Assembly (NCBI GenBank): GCA_951406725.2
Contig: OX597815.1
Location: 55,676,001 to 55,740,000, forward strand
Source: Octopus vulgaris
Lineage: Eukaryota
Reading direction: 5' to 3'
DNA: 64,000 nucleotides
This document shows positions 24,700 through 37,815 of the stretch, piece by piece (position 1 is the first letter of the stretch; the number at the start of each line of letters is the position of its first letter). The notes beneath the pieces were generated by a model, which worked only from the letters and a program-made list of their open reading frames with translations, searched no databases and was not told the origin of the DNA. Made by a program: the position numbers and the translations under genes.

Positions 24700-26440
24700 G
24701 AATTGTTACACATTGTTATTATATATTTGTTGAAGGTCTCCCCGTGTGGGTGTACCACGATTTGTTAAATTTATATTTTGGGATTTTCTGTCGCTGTTTT
24801 CGTATGTTATATTAATTTGCATGTTATATGAATTTGGGAAAAGTGGAGAAAGGAGGAGAGATGGAGCGTGGACAAAGTTACGCATCTGCAACAACCCAAG
24901 GTATAAATGCCAACACCCTTCAAGTACGGGAAATAAAAATTGAGCCAAAGAAATGGAAGGAAGCAGATTGCTGGGATAGAAAGGAGCCAGAAGAATTTTA
25001 AAATAATGTGGCAAATAGAACGGTAGTATACAGGACATCGTCCACGTCCTCGAACAAGATAGGTGTTGCCCCGATAGAGGCAATAGAGAAGTGCCTTGAA
25101 AATGTTAAAAGGCTGACCACTTTTTATACACGTGAAAGGAAGTACGGCACAGTGGAAGTAAGGTTTGGCAACGAAGAAGATGCCATAAGCCACTCCACTC
25201 TGCCGATAAGGACACCGGAATGGGTATTTCTGACGACGTACTGTGGCAAACGCGTTGCCAGATAAGAATTGGCAGAGTGCTCCCCGAAATTAAGGAAGCA
25301 TGGCTAGTGGCAGCCATAATGCACGGTATGGAGGATGAGGTGAAAATCCTCATGATAACGAGGACCAAAAAGGTCAATTGGTGGTGGTGGTATGGCCTCG
25401 GGATGGCCATACAAGTGAGTTTAAAAGACCTGCATGGCATCACAGAGGAAATCATAATCCCAGAAGACACCAGACTTCGAGTAGTAGTTGAAGGAAGACC
25501 GCCAACATGCTTCCTGTGCGGCAAAAAAGGGCACATGAAAGTAAGGTGCCCTCAGAAGGAAAACGAAGAGGAGAAGCAAAAAGGTGAAGAAAAGAGTACC
25601 GAAGAGGTAGTACCAGTAACAGAGAAGGATAGATTGGAGGAATCCTTCACACTCGTGAACAAGAGGAAGAGAAAAGAACGGGTGAGCTCTCCTCCAGAGA
25701 GCCAAAAAAGGTTAACAGATTGAGATGGAGGAGAAGAGAAACAGGTGCGAGACACCAACAGAATTGATAATGGAAGACGGCGCAGAGGCAGAAACAACAT
25801 TACAACAAGATGTGGAAGGAGGCAGCGTTTACGATTTTTTTTACACGCCCGGACAACCCAGGTCCGGAGCCAAGCAAGCGGAGGTGAAAAGGAAAAAATA
25901 GAAGTCACGTATATCAAAAGTACAGCAATAGAGAAAAAGATTATAAAGTATAAATCAATAATAAGAGTAAGGATGCCTTCAGAAAAATACTCGGAAAAGA
26001 CTAAAGGAATAATCATAGATAGAGATTTGAGAAATTAAAAGAACTGTTTGAAAGCAGCATAGACCCGTTGGGGGTTGGAATTGAGTTCCACGAACTACCA
26101 CCAATCGTAGATTTCGAAGATTTAAAGCCACTAATGAACGTTTAAAAAAGCAAGGAAATAAAATTTGTGATTTAAAAAAATGGAAAAATAGACTTTTAAA
26201 AAGTTTTGAAAGAAAAAAAGAAGTAAAAGAATTATACAAAAAGAAAAATAGACAGTGTAAGAACGATTTAATTGTACTGCTTGAGAGTGGGGCTCAATGC
26301 ACCCATTTCATCATCATCGATTTCATTATACATTTTTTCGTTTTTCATTCGTTTTATGTTTTTTGTTCCCACTGTGGTGTTCTGCCTGTCTTTGTGTTGT
26401 CCCCTTTATGTTAAGGTCTGGGTGCCAAATAAAGAAAAAG
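24700..26440 (+). mobile_element. Tx1-like ORF1-only element, unit A
   Basis: SYASAT; FYTRERKYGTVEVRF; VEGRPPTCFLCGKKGHMKVRC; C-terminal domain; no ORF2; ends AATAAAGAAAAAG. Confidence 0.85.
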
Positions 26441-26444
26441 AGAT

Positions 26445-27705
26445 GAGAAATCGCGTCTTCTTGTTAAATCACTTGTGATTCCGGAGTAAACCGTTTGTTT
26501 GTTATAGGTCTCCCCGTGTGGCTGAACCTAGGATTTGTTGAATTGGTTAAATTTTGAACTACTGTTGCTGTTTTGCCTGTTATTGTATTTGTTTTCTTAC
26601 CCAATTATGGGTGAAGTAGAGGAAAGAAAAGATATGGAAAATGAACTAACTGGAAGTTACGTATCAGCCATGAGTAAAGGAATACCTGCCGGCGCCTTGG
26701 AAGTATTTGAAATTAAAGTAAAACCCAAAAAGTGGAAGGAGGGAAGTAAATTAATAGAAAGGGAAGGAGCCAGTTTGAAGCTGACTCCACCGCAAGAATG
26801 TGGCGCAAATGACAGTGGTGTACAGAACGTTATGTACGTCCTCTAAAAAGATAGTGGTTGCCCCATTAGAGACAATAGAGGAGTGCCTCAAGGAAATAAA
26901 GAGGCTTACCACATTTTATACGCGTAGAAAGAAATACGGCACAGTGGAAGTAAGGTTTAGCAAAGAAGAAGACGCAATAAACCTTAAAGATTACGAGAAC
27001 CAAAAAGGTTAATTGGTGGAGGTATGGCCTCGAGATGGCCATACAAGTGAGCCTAAAAGACTTGCATGAAATTACAGAGATCATTTTCCCAGAAGACGTC
27101 CGACTGAGAGTAGTGGTAGAAGGAAGACCACCAACATGTTTCTTATGTGGTCAAAAGGGGTACTTGATGTAGAAGATATTGAAGCTTATTTAGGTGAAAC
27201 AAGAGAGGAACCAAGGGGAACAACTCGCGCGGACAGCCCAGGCTCGTCGCTGAATCAAACGGATGTTAAAAACAGAAAAAGACAAGTGGCATGTGGTTAC
27301 ATATGCCAAAAGTAGGCAATCGAACGGAAGATTACGAAGTTTAAATCGGTTGCCACCGGAGAAATATTCAGAAAAATCAAGGGGAATAATTATTGACAAG
27401 GATAGATATGAGAAATTGAAAGAACTGTTCGGAAATAGTCTAGACCAGTTGTGGGGTAGAAGTTGAATTCGACGAATTCAACTGGTGTTTGAAGATTTGA
27501 AACCCTATATGAACTGTTAAAAAGAGTAAAGTAAGTAGAAATTTTAAAAAAAGAGAAATAGAATTTTTTCAAGAAAAAAAGGGGAAAATAGAGAAAAAAC
27601 GATGCCAAAAGAAAAAAAGACAGTGAAAGAAAGATTTGTATAATTCAACTGTTAAATGGTAATGCTTGAGGTTGGGTCCAATGCTGCTATTCCACCATCA
27701 TTTAT
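26445..27705 (+). mobile_element. Tx1-like ORF1-only element, unit B (internal deletions)
   Basis: Closely related to unit A (AGGTCTCCCCGTGTGG 5'UTR, KKYGTVEVRF, RPPTCFLCGQKG, PEKYSEKSRGIIIDKD). Confidence 0.85.
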
Positions 27706-29160
27706 CGGCGTGAACGGTCGTGGTTTTGCTTTTTCTTCTCGCAAGACTGAGTCTTATTCGGACGTAAATGAATCAGATATGGAATATTCAGAACTGTCGT
27801 CGTCTGAAGAGGAGCATGTGGAAGCTGTGAAGAAGATGGACAGGGTTATAAATGAGAGAAGTTTTGAGTAGGTGACAGAGGAGTCAAAGAAAAAAACTTA
27901 AAAAGAAACTTTGAAAATATGTTAAAAAAGGAAGGTGGTAGCGTGAAATTATCACCACCACAAGAAATACTAAAGGAAATGGAAGAAAGAAGAATTGTGT
28001 ATAAAGTCTATTCTATCATGGAGAAAAATTGGTAAATGAACCGACAGACGAAATTGAAAAGGTCAATCTGGCAAGACATAGCGTATCTTGAGGTCAATCT
28101 GGAAAGACAGCGTATCTTTCCAGAAGAAGCTAATACTCTGTAAAATCGATGAAAACGGAAAGGGTAATCCTTCTACCCACATACCTTGGAAGAAGGACTT
28201 CTAAGGTGAGGGTGGAGGGAATCCCCCTGAAATAGACGTGGCTTGGGTGGCGGAGGCTGTGCTTCTAGGGAACGAGAAAGAGATCGCCATACTCCAAACC
28301 ATAGAAACAGCAGCCATTAATTGGCATGGTAAAATTCTGGAAATAATAATACAAAGTAATGTAGAAAATTTAGAGAATCTTTCAGAAACAGTGACAGTCG
28401 GGAAACAATAATGAAAGTGTAGGATGAGGGCATAAGTCCTCGTTGCTATAAATGTGGCCAAAAGAGCCACATTAGAGCGGACTGCCCTCTGAAAAATAAG
28501 CAAACCCAAGAGAAAGCAGAGAATGAACCAGAAAGGATGGAAGAAGCAAACGAAGAAGATGGATGGCAAGTTACTGGGAGAAAACAGAAGAGGGAAAAGG
28601 ACAGTTTAAGTGAACCCCAACCCGTACCCCCTCCCATACCTTCTCAACATCGCCCTCCCACTGCAGACACGAAACCCACCTATTCCCCACCGACACAAAA
28701 AAGAAAAAAAAGAGCAGCAATCATACACAAAACGCCCCTCCCATGTGTTATGCTTGTGCTGTGCGTAAGTGTGTAAAAATGGAAGTGAAGAATAAGTTGC
28801 TGCAATGGAAGAATGTGAAAGTTGTAAACATGAAGGGAATTAAAAAAGAAAATATGATCTTGGGCGCATTGGTGCTGGAATCTAGAATGAGAATGATCAG
28901 AGAGTGTAAAAAGGGCATGGAATATAGAGAGGTGCTGTGTAATATAAAGGACGTATCGAACGAAATAGAAAATGAAGAACTGGAGCAACAATATGGGATC
29001 AATTTTAATTAGATATAAAAGGATGTAAATGATGCTGCTGAGGTGGGATAGGTGGCGTATTATTCATATATCATTATCATTTATCATCCATATTTTTCAT
29101 AATTTTAATTTAATTGTTACATGACCTGTCTATGTGTGCCCCTCGAAGGAAATAAAGAAA
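27706..29160 (+). mobile_element. Tx1-like ORF1-only element, unit C
   Basis: MEYSELSSSEEE; LPTYLGRRTS; PEIDVAWVAEA; PRCYKCGQKSHIRADC; ends AATAAAGAAA. Confidence 0.8.
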
Positions 29161-30790
29161 TTGGTCATGTTTTTGATTTGCTGCGGTTTTTTTGTGTGAA
29201 ACCATCATTGTTTGGTGGTTGTGAATAATTGTGAAAAATGAGAAGTTATGCAGAAGCTACTGGAGGTCGAGTACCCATTGACTCGAGAGTGCTGAAAGAG
29301 GAGATATTGCAGTGCAATAAAGAGCTAATAGTGAAATATAGTAATATGGTAAAGAAGGAGGGGTCAAATATAAAACTGACCCTGCCAGAGATGGAAAAAG
29401 CGAAAATGGAAAAGAAGACAGTAATATTCAGAACATTTTCAAATAAAAACAAGAGAATTGAAAACGTGCCGCAGGAAGAAATAGAAGAAACTATGGAAAG
29501 GCATATAGGAGACAACATAGCTTTCTTTACGAGAGGAAAGAGATATGCGTCTATAGTGGTTATCTTTGTATCAGACAAGGAAGCGGGAAAATCCTCCAAG
29601 AGGATGATACAGGGGGAGAAATGGACATTGCTGCCAAACTGTTTGGATAAACGAATAGTTAGAATTAGGGTGGGAAGAATCCCACCGTGGATAGAACCAG
29701 AGTGGATAATAGCGGCGATTTTTTTCGGAGATAAAGAGGGAAACAGCGAAGAGATGAAGATGGGCATGATAAACCGGACTCAACAAGTGAGGTGGTGGGG
29801 CAACGGAATAGAGGTAATTTGTGCCAGAAGTATTATGACGAAATACCCGAAACTTTAGAGCTACCAAATGAAGAAAAGCTGGAGGGGAGGCCCCCAAAGT
29901 GTCACGAATGTGGTCAAAGAGGGCATTTGAGAAAGACAGGCCCAAGAGCAGCAGTGGAAATAGTAGAGGAGAACATTCAGGAGAATATAATGGTGGAGAA
30001 ACAGCAGAATCAGATAACAGAAGAAAATGGTGATTTTGCGGAGGGGAAATCACGAAAAAGAGGAGGAGTTCACCAACGATAAAGGAACAGAAAAAATACA
30101 AAGCCATGCAAGAAGTAATCCAACCTACAACGAGAAGCAGGAAAAATTCGCCAGTAGGATCACTGTGAAAAATGCAACAGATAAGGATTCATTACCGAGC
30201 AAAAGCAACGACTTGCAAGTACATAAACATTCACAGACACACAAACAAACGGACATGCAAACACTCAGAAATATAAGCAAACAGATACAAGATAACTCAG
30301 AATCACAGAAACCTAAAAACACAGACACACAGACGAAACACGCAGATTTACAGTCACACAAACACACAGACACACAAACACACAGACGTACAGTCACAGA
30401 GAAGCATAGACAGACAATCACAGGATAACGTAGAATTACAGAAACAGGAAAACACAGTCACAGTCACAAAACACAGCCATAGACACAGACACAGAGAAGT
30501 AAGGTTTTTCTAGGGAAATATAGGATAACCCAAAAGTTAGAGAAGAGAATTTCAAAATTGAAAGACATTGTAAAAGTGAACTTAGAAGAAGGTTACGACA
30601 AGAGTATGAGGTGTATTCTAATGGTTGATGGAAAGTATAGCGCTTTGAAGGAAGCTTTTCCTTCGGACGTGAATCCACTGGGGCCGGAGGTGGATATTGA
30701 ACCTAGTGCCTCGGTGGTGAATTATGTTGACATAAAAGAGAAGATAAAATGGTAAGTTATGATTTGTTTTAAAGACTGGGAAATGTCATC
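29161..30790 (+). mobile_element. Tx1-like ORF1-only element, unit D
   Basis: ORF 29238-29858 MRSYAEAT...FTRGKRYASI...PPWIEPEWIIAA; EGRPPKCHECGQRGH; C-terminal domain to 30755; SINE follows. Confidence 0.85.
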
Positions 30791-30809
30791 GCAGATGACA
30801 TTTATACCG

Positions 30810-31008
30810 GTTTCAAATTTTGACACAAGGCCAGCTAATTCGGAGAAGGGAGTAAGTCGATTACATCGACCCCAATGCTCTACTGGTACTTATTTTATCG
30901 ATCCCGAAAATATGACCTCGGCAGATATGAACTCGGACCGTAAAGACAGACAAAATGCCACAAAGCATTTTGCCTGGCGTACTAACGATTCTGGCAGATC
31001 GCCGCCGT
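30810..31008 (-). mobile_element. Meta-core SINE
   Basis: Match to 14430-14630. Confidence 0.8.
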
Positions 31009-31044
31009 AAGATGACACTAATATCGACATATTTTAATAAAAGC

Positions 31045-31235
31045 AAATATTTTCTAAATCTAAATATTTTATTTGAAATTTTATCCTTAGCTGCAATATT
31101 TTAAGCAAAAACTTTCTTGTTCTGTACTTTACCAGATGTAATAAGTTGTCCTGAACTTTTCCAAGTGTAATAACTTGTCCTGTATTTTTCCAGGTGTATA
31201 AGTTTAAGAATATTTCTCTTGCTTGCATTTTTCCA
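31045..31235. repeat. Dispersed ~190-bp repeat with three internal ~29-bp units (copy 1)
   Basis: Direct copy at 56694-56880. Confidence 0.8.
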
Positions 31236-31971
31236 TTTAATATATATATATATGTAAATGCACGTACACACAAGTACATTTACATGTACATGTATACGTA
31301 TACATATGTGTGTATGTGTGTATGTGTTTATGTATGTATGTATGTATGTATGTATGTAGATAAAAGTTACTGTTGCGGTAACACTGTTTTCAAAACTATT
31401 TTTTATTTACCGCATAATATATATTTTTAGTCAACACTCTGTTATAGATAAGAGTGCTATAACAGCGGTGTTGCTGTACCCCTGTGAACGAAAATTAATT
31501 CAAGCCATCATTCAAGTTATATCATTTTCGAATTGCTCATCTAGATTTCGAAACTCTTTTCAGAGTGTATACAATGTTAAAGGAAACTGACCAATGATAC
31601 GTGCAGTGGAGCTGTATCATCATCCAAACCATGCTGCTGTGTCTTAGCGACGGTTAACACTTAAAGGCTCAAATATTTAATTTGATGTACAAGTGGGTGT
31701 TATTTTTGTGCTATTTTCATTGATCTTTTCTTTTCGTGCCTCTTAATTTTCCGCTTGTTACTTGGTTCGAATTCGGAGACAAAATATTTGTTGTCACTTT
31801 CTGTTCACTTAATTTAATCAGCTGGTATTTATGCCTTTTAAAAGTGAAATAGAGTTTCGAATGACCGCTGTCTTAGATAGAAATTCATAAATATGGAGTG
31901 GTTGTACATGTATAAAAGTAATTTTCCTTTGAAAAAAGCTGCAAGGTAAAGAATGCAATACTAGCTTACTT

Positions 31972-32133
31972 CTTCGTCTGTCTTTATGTTTTGAGTTCAA
32001 ATTCCGCCGAGGTCGACTTTGCTTTTCATCATTTTGGGGTCGAAAAATTAAGTACCAGTTGCGTACAGGGGTCAATCTAATCGACTGGCCCCCTCCCCAA
32101 AAATTTTGGGCCTTGTGCCTAGAATAGAAAAGA
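31972..32133 (+). mobile_element. Meta-core SINE (tail type 1)
   Basis: Match to 13165-13316. Confidence 0.88.
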
Positions 32134-32135
32134 AT

Positions 32136-32380
32136 ATTTATTTCTTTACTGCCCACAAGGGGCTAAACACAGAGGGAACAAACAAGGACAGACAAACGGA
32201 TTAAGGACAGACAAACGGATTGTTGTAAATATCGACCCCAGTGCATAACTAGTACTTATTTAATCGACCCCGAAAGGATGAAAGGCAAAGTCAACCTCGA
32301 CGGAATTTGAACTCAGAACGTAGCAGCAGACGAAATACCGCTAAGCATTTCGCCCGGCTTGCTAAACGATTCTGCTAGCT
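32136..32380 (-). mobile_element. Meta-core SINE (tail type 2, Tx1-like tail)
   Basis: Same head and core as the neighbour, different 3' tail ending GGGCAGTAAAGAAAT. Confidence 0.88.
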
Positions 32381-33044
32381 TTATTTTAGGAACCGAATTT
32401 GTTAATACTTATCAGCCGGCTCTCCAGAGGATATTACTCTTTTACTCTTTTATTCGTTTTAGCCATGCAGCTGCAGTCATGCTGGAGCTGACATCACAGT
32501 TAACTTCCTAGACAATAAAGGGGATTGAAATATTGCTGAAGAAATAAGAAAACCTACAAATCACATATCTACCTTGGCTATTTCGAGCACATTGTACAAG
32601 GTGCTCCTAGGTCCCTTGTACAGAGGAAAAAACCAGAAACTCAAGGATAGAATGACTGATAATATGTCTGCGCGATCAGTGTAGACATGGAGCTAAGCAG
32701 CAATAACAATCTATAAATATATATATATGTAGACTGATGTTCGTTTACTGTTACATGAGCCTCTTCCCAATACTCACACATACGTTACTAAAGAAACCTT
32801 GTGACTTTGATGACGAACCAATCTATTGAGAGTTAACGTCTGTTGCTATAGATACAACAATAACCTTCTGAATGTGTGTGTGCGCGCGTGTGTGTGCGCG
32901 CGTGTGTGTGTGTGTATGTGCGCGCGCACACATACACATATACGCACACATTGTATCATAGAAATGAAAAGCAAATATATAGTTACTGAAACAAATGTTT
33001 GTGCATGTGTCTATGGGTGATTTTGCGCATTATATATATATGTA

Positions 33045-34258
33045 CAGAGTGCGTAAGGTATTTGGGATCATACCTTTCTTGGGTCATTGTTGCATTTTTT
33101 GCTAAATCTGTATAATCTTTGTTTCAGAAAATTATAATGGTAGACACTCAGCTTACTCAAGAAATGAAGAGGTATGCTGTTATCGTGGTTATAAAGGCTG
33201 AGCATAGCAATTTAGAAATATCTTGAGTTTTAAAAGTTGCCAGATCTTTCGTCTACAAAGTTTGTAACGAGCTAGAGACCGAAGATGGAAACGTATCACC
33301 AGTATCAAAGCATAAAAAAGCATTCTAAAAGCTCTGAAATCATCAGAACACCTGAATTTATCCAGCAAGTTCGACAGACCATTGATTACAATCTCTGAAA
33401 GTCCACGAGGTCAATTGCAAAAGAGCTCCATGTCTCAGAAGGAACAGCCAGAAATGTTGTCCACGAAGACATCTGTTATGTCTTATATGATGAGGTAAGG
33501 TCAATTTGTCAGAAAAAGCAAAAGAAAATTACTCCATCAGATCTAAAAGGCTCTTAAACAAACTGAAAAATCCAACAGAAAAACTTCGATCAAGATCAAA
33601 CAGTTAACAGAAGAAATGACAGATGGTTATGTGCAGACCCTTCTGAAGTTCCAAGTGTTATGCATACAAAATTTCCTGCAACTGTCATGGTTTTAAGGGC
33701 TGTCAGCAATAAAGGACATGTGATGCCTCCTTACTTATTTCCACAAGGCCTTAGACTTAATTCTGCCGCCTACATTGAGGTCCTGGAAATAATTGTCAAG
33801 CCCTGTCAATGGAATGTCATATATGTTTCAGTAAGACTCTGCACTATCACACACTCTAGTAACACAGGAATGGATAGCTGAAAATTTTCATGATCACATA
33901 ACCCCTAAAATTTGGCCTAATTTCCCAGATCTCAATCCATTAGACTATTACATCGGGTGCGTTGTTGAGAGAGAGGTCAATGAACACGCCCATAACACCA
34001 AAGATTCTTTGAAAGTTGCCATAGTCAGAGTAATGTCTAAAATGAACCAGGACCAACTGATTCGAGTATGTAGACGATTTAGATCTCATACAGAAGCAGT
34101 TGTTGAAGCTGAAGGCGGCTTTATTGAATAACATTATAGAAAAGTTTTATTTTTATCCTCATAGCATTTTTTGATAAATAAATTATTATCTGTTACTATA
34201 TATCTGTTTTTTTTTTTTCATAAACATAAATCTGTCCTCAAATATATTACGCACCCTA
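33045..34258 (+). mobile_element. Tc1/mariner element (DD37D/maT-like), decayed
   Basis: Imperfect TIRs around GTGCGTAA..TATTTG, TA flanks; KFPATVMVLRAVSNKGHVMPP, PDLNPLDYY, EAVVEAEGGFIE. Confidence 0.85.
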
Positions 34259-34264
34259 TATATG

Positions 34265-34279
<15 letters not shown>

Positions 34280-34301
<22 letters not shown>

Positions 34302-34555
34302 TGTACCCACTTTAACATCACTGTCCGTTCGAGCGGACTCTAGCGCGATTTTTTAACCATAAGAGGATATCTGCTCTAGCTGGTTAACGATGTACAGCTG
34401 CATCCGATAAAATTGCCAGCAGGGGAGCGAACCCCTGCCATTTACTAGTGACGGGATCAGCTTACTAGTCCTTGTTTCGGGCTATTTCTGCCACCCCTCA
34501 GTACTGGACACCTCATCTGCTAGAGATGATAGAAGCTCACCTCTGCTGGCAATAT
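34280..34555 (-). repeat. Short structured element with inverted arms and a degenerate hammerhead-like motif
   Basis: Arms TTGCCAGCAG 34412 / CTGCTGGCAA ~34552; - strand CTGAGGG-GTGGC..GCCC-GAAAC at 34463-34507; resembles 53630-53872. Confidence 0.45.
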
Positions 34556-35099
34556 ATATATTCCAAACGAATACACAGTCGCTGTCTGCATTCTATAAAA
34601 CCTTACCATACACTGTTTTTGCAGTGCTTGTACTAGTGCCAACACTTGGAATACTTGACTGGATATTTGAAGAGACATTTGCAACTTAGACATCAAAACT
34701 GGGAAGATACTAACAAGATACTAGTAAATGTCTGAAGCGCAAGAGAGATAAAGATGTTTTTAGACCTCCATTTTCTGATTGAAAATATCGATTGTGCCAT
34801 ACTAAAGTGGAGGTCTTCATCCATATCATCATCAAATGTTTAAAAAATGTCCGCAAGATATTATCTTTCCATGAGACGTGACACTGTCGATAAAACTGTC
34901 TTGACAGAAAGGATTCTCCTGATGGTCATAACAGTTTCATGACAAAATGGTGCTCGAGTAAAAAATCCCTGTTGCACTTCGAAAATGAAAAGTTAAAAAA
35001 TGCTTTAAAGTGAAACGAAATTCCCTTATAAGTATAAAAACAATAACATTTGAAAAAACTAAACTATGACTTAATATCAAAACAACTACATTTTTTTAC

Positions 35100-36660
35100 A
35101 TTCTAACCAACCCACAGAAACACATACACCTCACCAAGTCAGCTACAACAGCTTTTCCTCAAACATCACTTTTTATTCTACACATCATGCTATCCGATCC
35201 ATTCGGCAAATAATTCCCCATCTTAGACTACTCAAAAGTTATCACAACGCAATGGACATCAATGAAGAACACAATAACACTTATAATCCTTAAAAACGAG
35301 TTTCACCGAGGAGCAGAAAGGGATTTTCAGAGTTCAACAACCGTAATCACCAAAAGCACTGCAGTACATACATTCAATAAGATAATTATAAATTATTTGT
35401 ACCCACAAAGCAGTATCAGCGACAATAGCCACAGCCACACCGCAATTTACGTCATAATGATATAATAACAACCCCCAAATAACAACATACCCACACAGTA
35501 ACAATATGAAAACATCATTGTCAAACATTTTTCGAAATGCATTTACTAAAACCCACACAAAGAAGACAGGAACACGAAACAAAAAAATAGACGTTTTCTA
35601 CCTGGACCATGATTTAAACTTTAAATTTTAAACATCTATCTTCCATCTGCCACCCAAAGAGCAATAGGGAAATCTAAAACCTCATAAACCTGGGGTTAAT
35701 CAAAATCACAAATATATACCTGAAACACCTAAGACTTAGCAAATTCTAAGGGTGCAGAGCAAATCGCCACAATTTCTAAAGCTCCTAAAACCTAAGTGAC
35801 GTAACATCTTACAGACACATCACAATCCTATGCACACTCTCAAAACTCTAAAATGTCTAACTTTTAACACTACAAGCCCACACATCCTCCTCTTAAATTT
35901 ACATCAACGATTGAAATCACAGCATTCAACCAACATCCATAAATTTTTTTATATTATTATCGACTTGGGCAAAGCTTTTGACTCTACTGCCTGATGATTA
36001 CTCGTGCAAAAATACTCAACATCATTTTCAGAAATGATACAAAGCACTGGTAAGTAAACTACCTGCCTGGTTACCAAGCATATCTAAAGTTCAAGAATAA
36101 CATTTATAGCCAACAATCTTCTGAACCGAATACCACAAGGATTCGTCAATTCACTAATTCTTTTAATCTGTTACTACATGATCTTCCAACACTATCTCAT
36201 ACACAGATAATATCACATATTCTCCCACCATTTTTCAAGCACTACTTCACAACTAATCCAACCCTTCTTAAATCACAGGGAAAACTCGGTTCCAAAACAA
36301 TTACCACATTCAACATGAAATTTATTGACAAAAACGACAAAATTAATAGGAGTCATATACAACTCGCCCACAGTATTCATATCATACACAGATAACAAAG
36401 CAAAAGTAAAAAAGATGCATGCATATATTTAAAACAATCACAGATACCATGTTAAGCTAACAAAAAGAAGCAACAATGATGTACATATATAACATGATCT
36501 CTTCCGGTTCAGTCTGAATCCAAATCTGTTTACAACAAATCACAATAACTTACAAAGTACACAAAACAACAAACTATACATCATCACAGGTTGTATATAA
36601 ATCACACCTACAGACCATTTACACATTGAAACTCTCACCATCAGTCTCTACAAACAACGG
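35100..36660 (+). mobile_element. Highly decayed Jockey/I-like LINE ORF2
   Basis: IIDLGKAFDS (~35956), PQGF..S.IL (~36133), LQSTQN..L.IITGC, PTDHLHIET. Confidence 0.65.
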
Positions 36661-36984
36661 TGAGTGTTTAACATGTTCAAACTGTAAAACTTCGCCTCAT
36701 AGATTCATCACTGAAAAAATCGAACTTTGGGTTACGCCTAGTCGTTCGAGCAATTGCATACCATAAGACAGTTTGATAAGAGCAAACATGCACGCACACA
36801 CACACACACACACATGTATGTATACGTATGTATGTGTAAGTACATATGTATATATATATATATGTATAAATATATATGCATATATATATATATGTATATA
36901 TATATGTATATATATATGCATATATATATTTACATGTAAAGTAAAAGAAGCTCTAATGTAATAAATATTATTAAGTACATATAC

Positions 36985-37265
36985 TAATGTATATGCTCTG
37001 TGTATTTTTCGGTGGCTGCAAGGGTGTAGCGGAGTATATAACTCTCATGTCGCCGGTCTTAAAACACCTTACAGCCACGGACAGGCGAGATAACACACCC
37101 TCAATCCCATTTGGAAGTGATGGACAGCGATGTTTCGCCATTTTTGTGGCTTGTTAGCATCACGCCTGTCCATGACTCTAAGGTGTTTTAACAACGGCGA
37201 CATGAAAGTTATATACTCCGCTACGCTATTGCAACCACAGGAAAATGCACAAAGCATATACATTA
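36985..37265. repeat. Fold-back element: ~104-bp inverted arms enclosing a degenerate hammerhead
   Basis: Arms 36985-37088 and 37162-37265; - strand hammerhead 37117-37163 with core CTAACAA. Confidence 0.85.
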
Positions 37266-37274
37266 TTCTTTTAT

Positions 37275-37592
37275 TCTATTACTTGTTTCAGTCATTTGAC
37301 TGCAACATTCTCTGTGAGACAAGTACTTATTCTATCGGCCTCTTTTGCCAAACCGTTAAATTTTGGGGACGTAAACACACCAACATCGGTTTTCAAGCGA
37401 TGGCGGGGAGGGGGACAGACACAGACACACAAACACAAATATATATACATATATATACACGACGGGCTTTTTTCAGTTTTCGTCAACCGAATCCACTCAC
37501 AAGGCTTTGGTCGGTCCGAGTAGAAGACACTTGCCCAAGCTGCCATGCAGTGGGTCTGAACCCGGAACCATGTGGTTGGGAAGCCGTGCCTG
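37275..37592 (-). mobile_element. OK-like SINE
   Basis: Colinear with 52483-52882. Confidence 0.85.
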
Positions 37593-37768
37593 TCCCTATT
37601 AGTATATGTATTTAATAGTATTTATTATACTAGAGCTACTCTTTACTTCTTATGTAAATTTTCTCTTAGGTATGCAATTTCCGAGCATATCAGCTCATGA
37701 TTTTACAAGCTTTGAGCATATAATTCGTGGACTAGCTAGGTGATTCACCTTCAATGCCAGGTGGGTAC

Positions 37769-37815
37769 GTGATGCTGACAAGCCACAAAAATGGCGAAAC
37801 ATCGATGTCCATCAC
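37769..37815 (+). ncRNA. Type I hammerhead (core CTGACAA, C3/A8 mismatch) in a second copy of the fold-back element (37769-37932)
   Basis: GTGATG-CTGACAA-GCCA caaaaa TGGC-GAAA-CATCGATG-TC/CATCAC. Confidence 0.75.

Noticed and set aside
32575-32625. - strand GAGCAC/GTGCTC stem followed by GAAA
   Set aside because: No upstream CUGANGA-like strand
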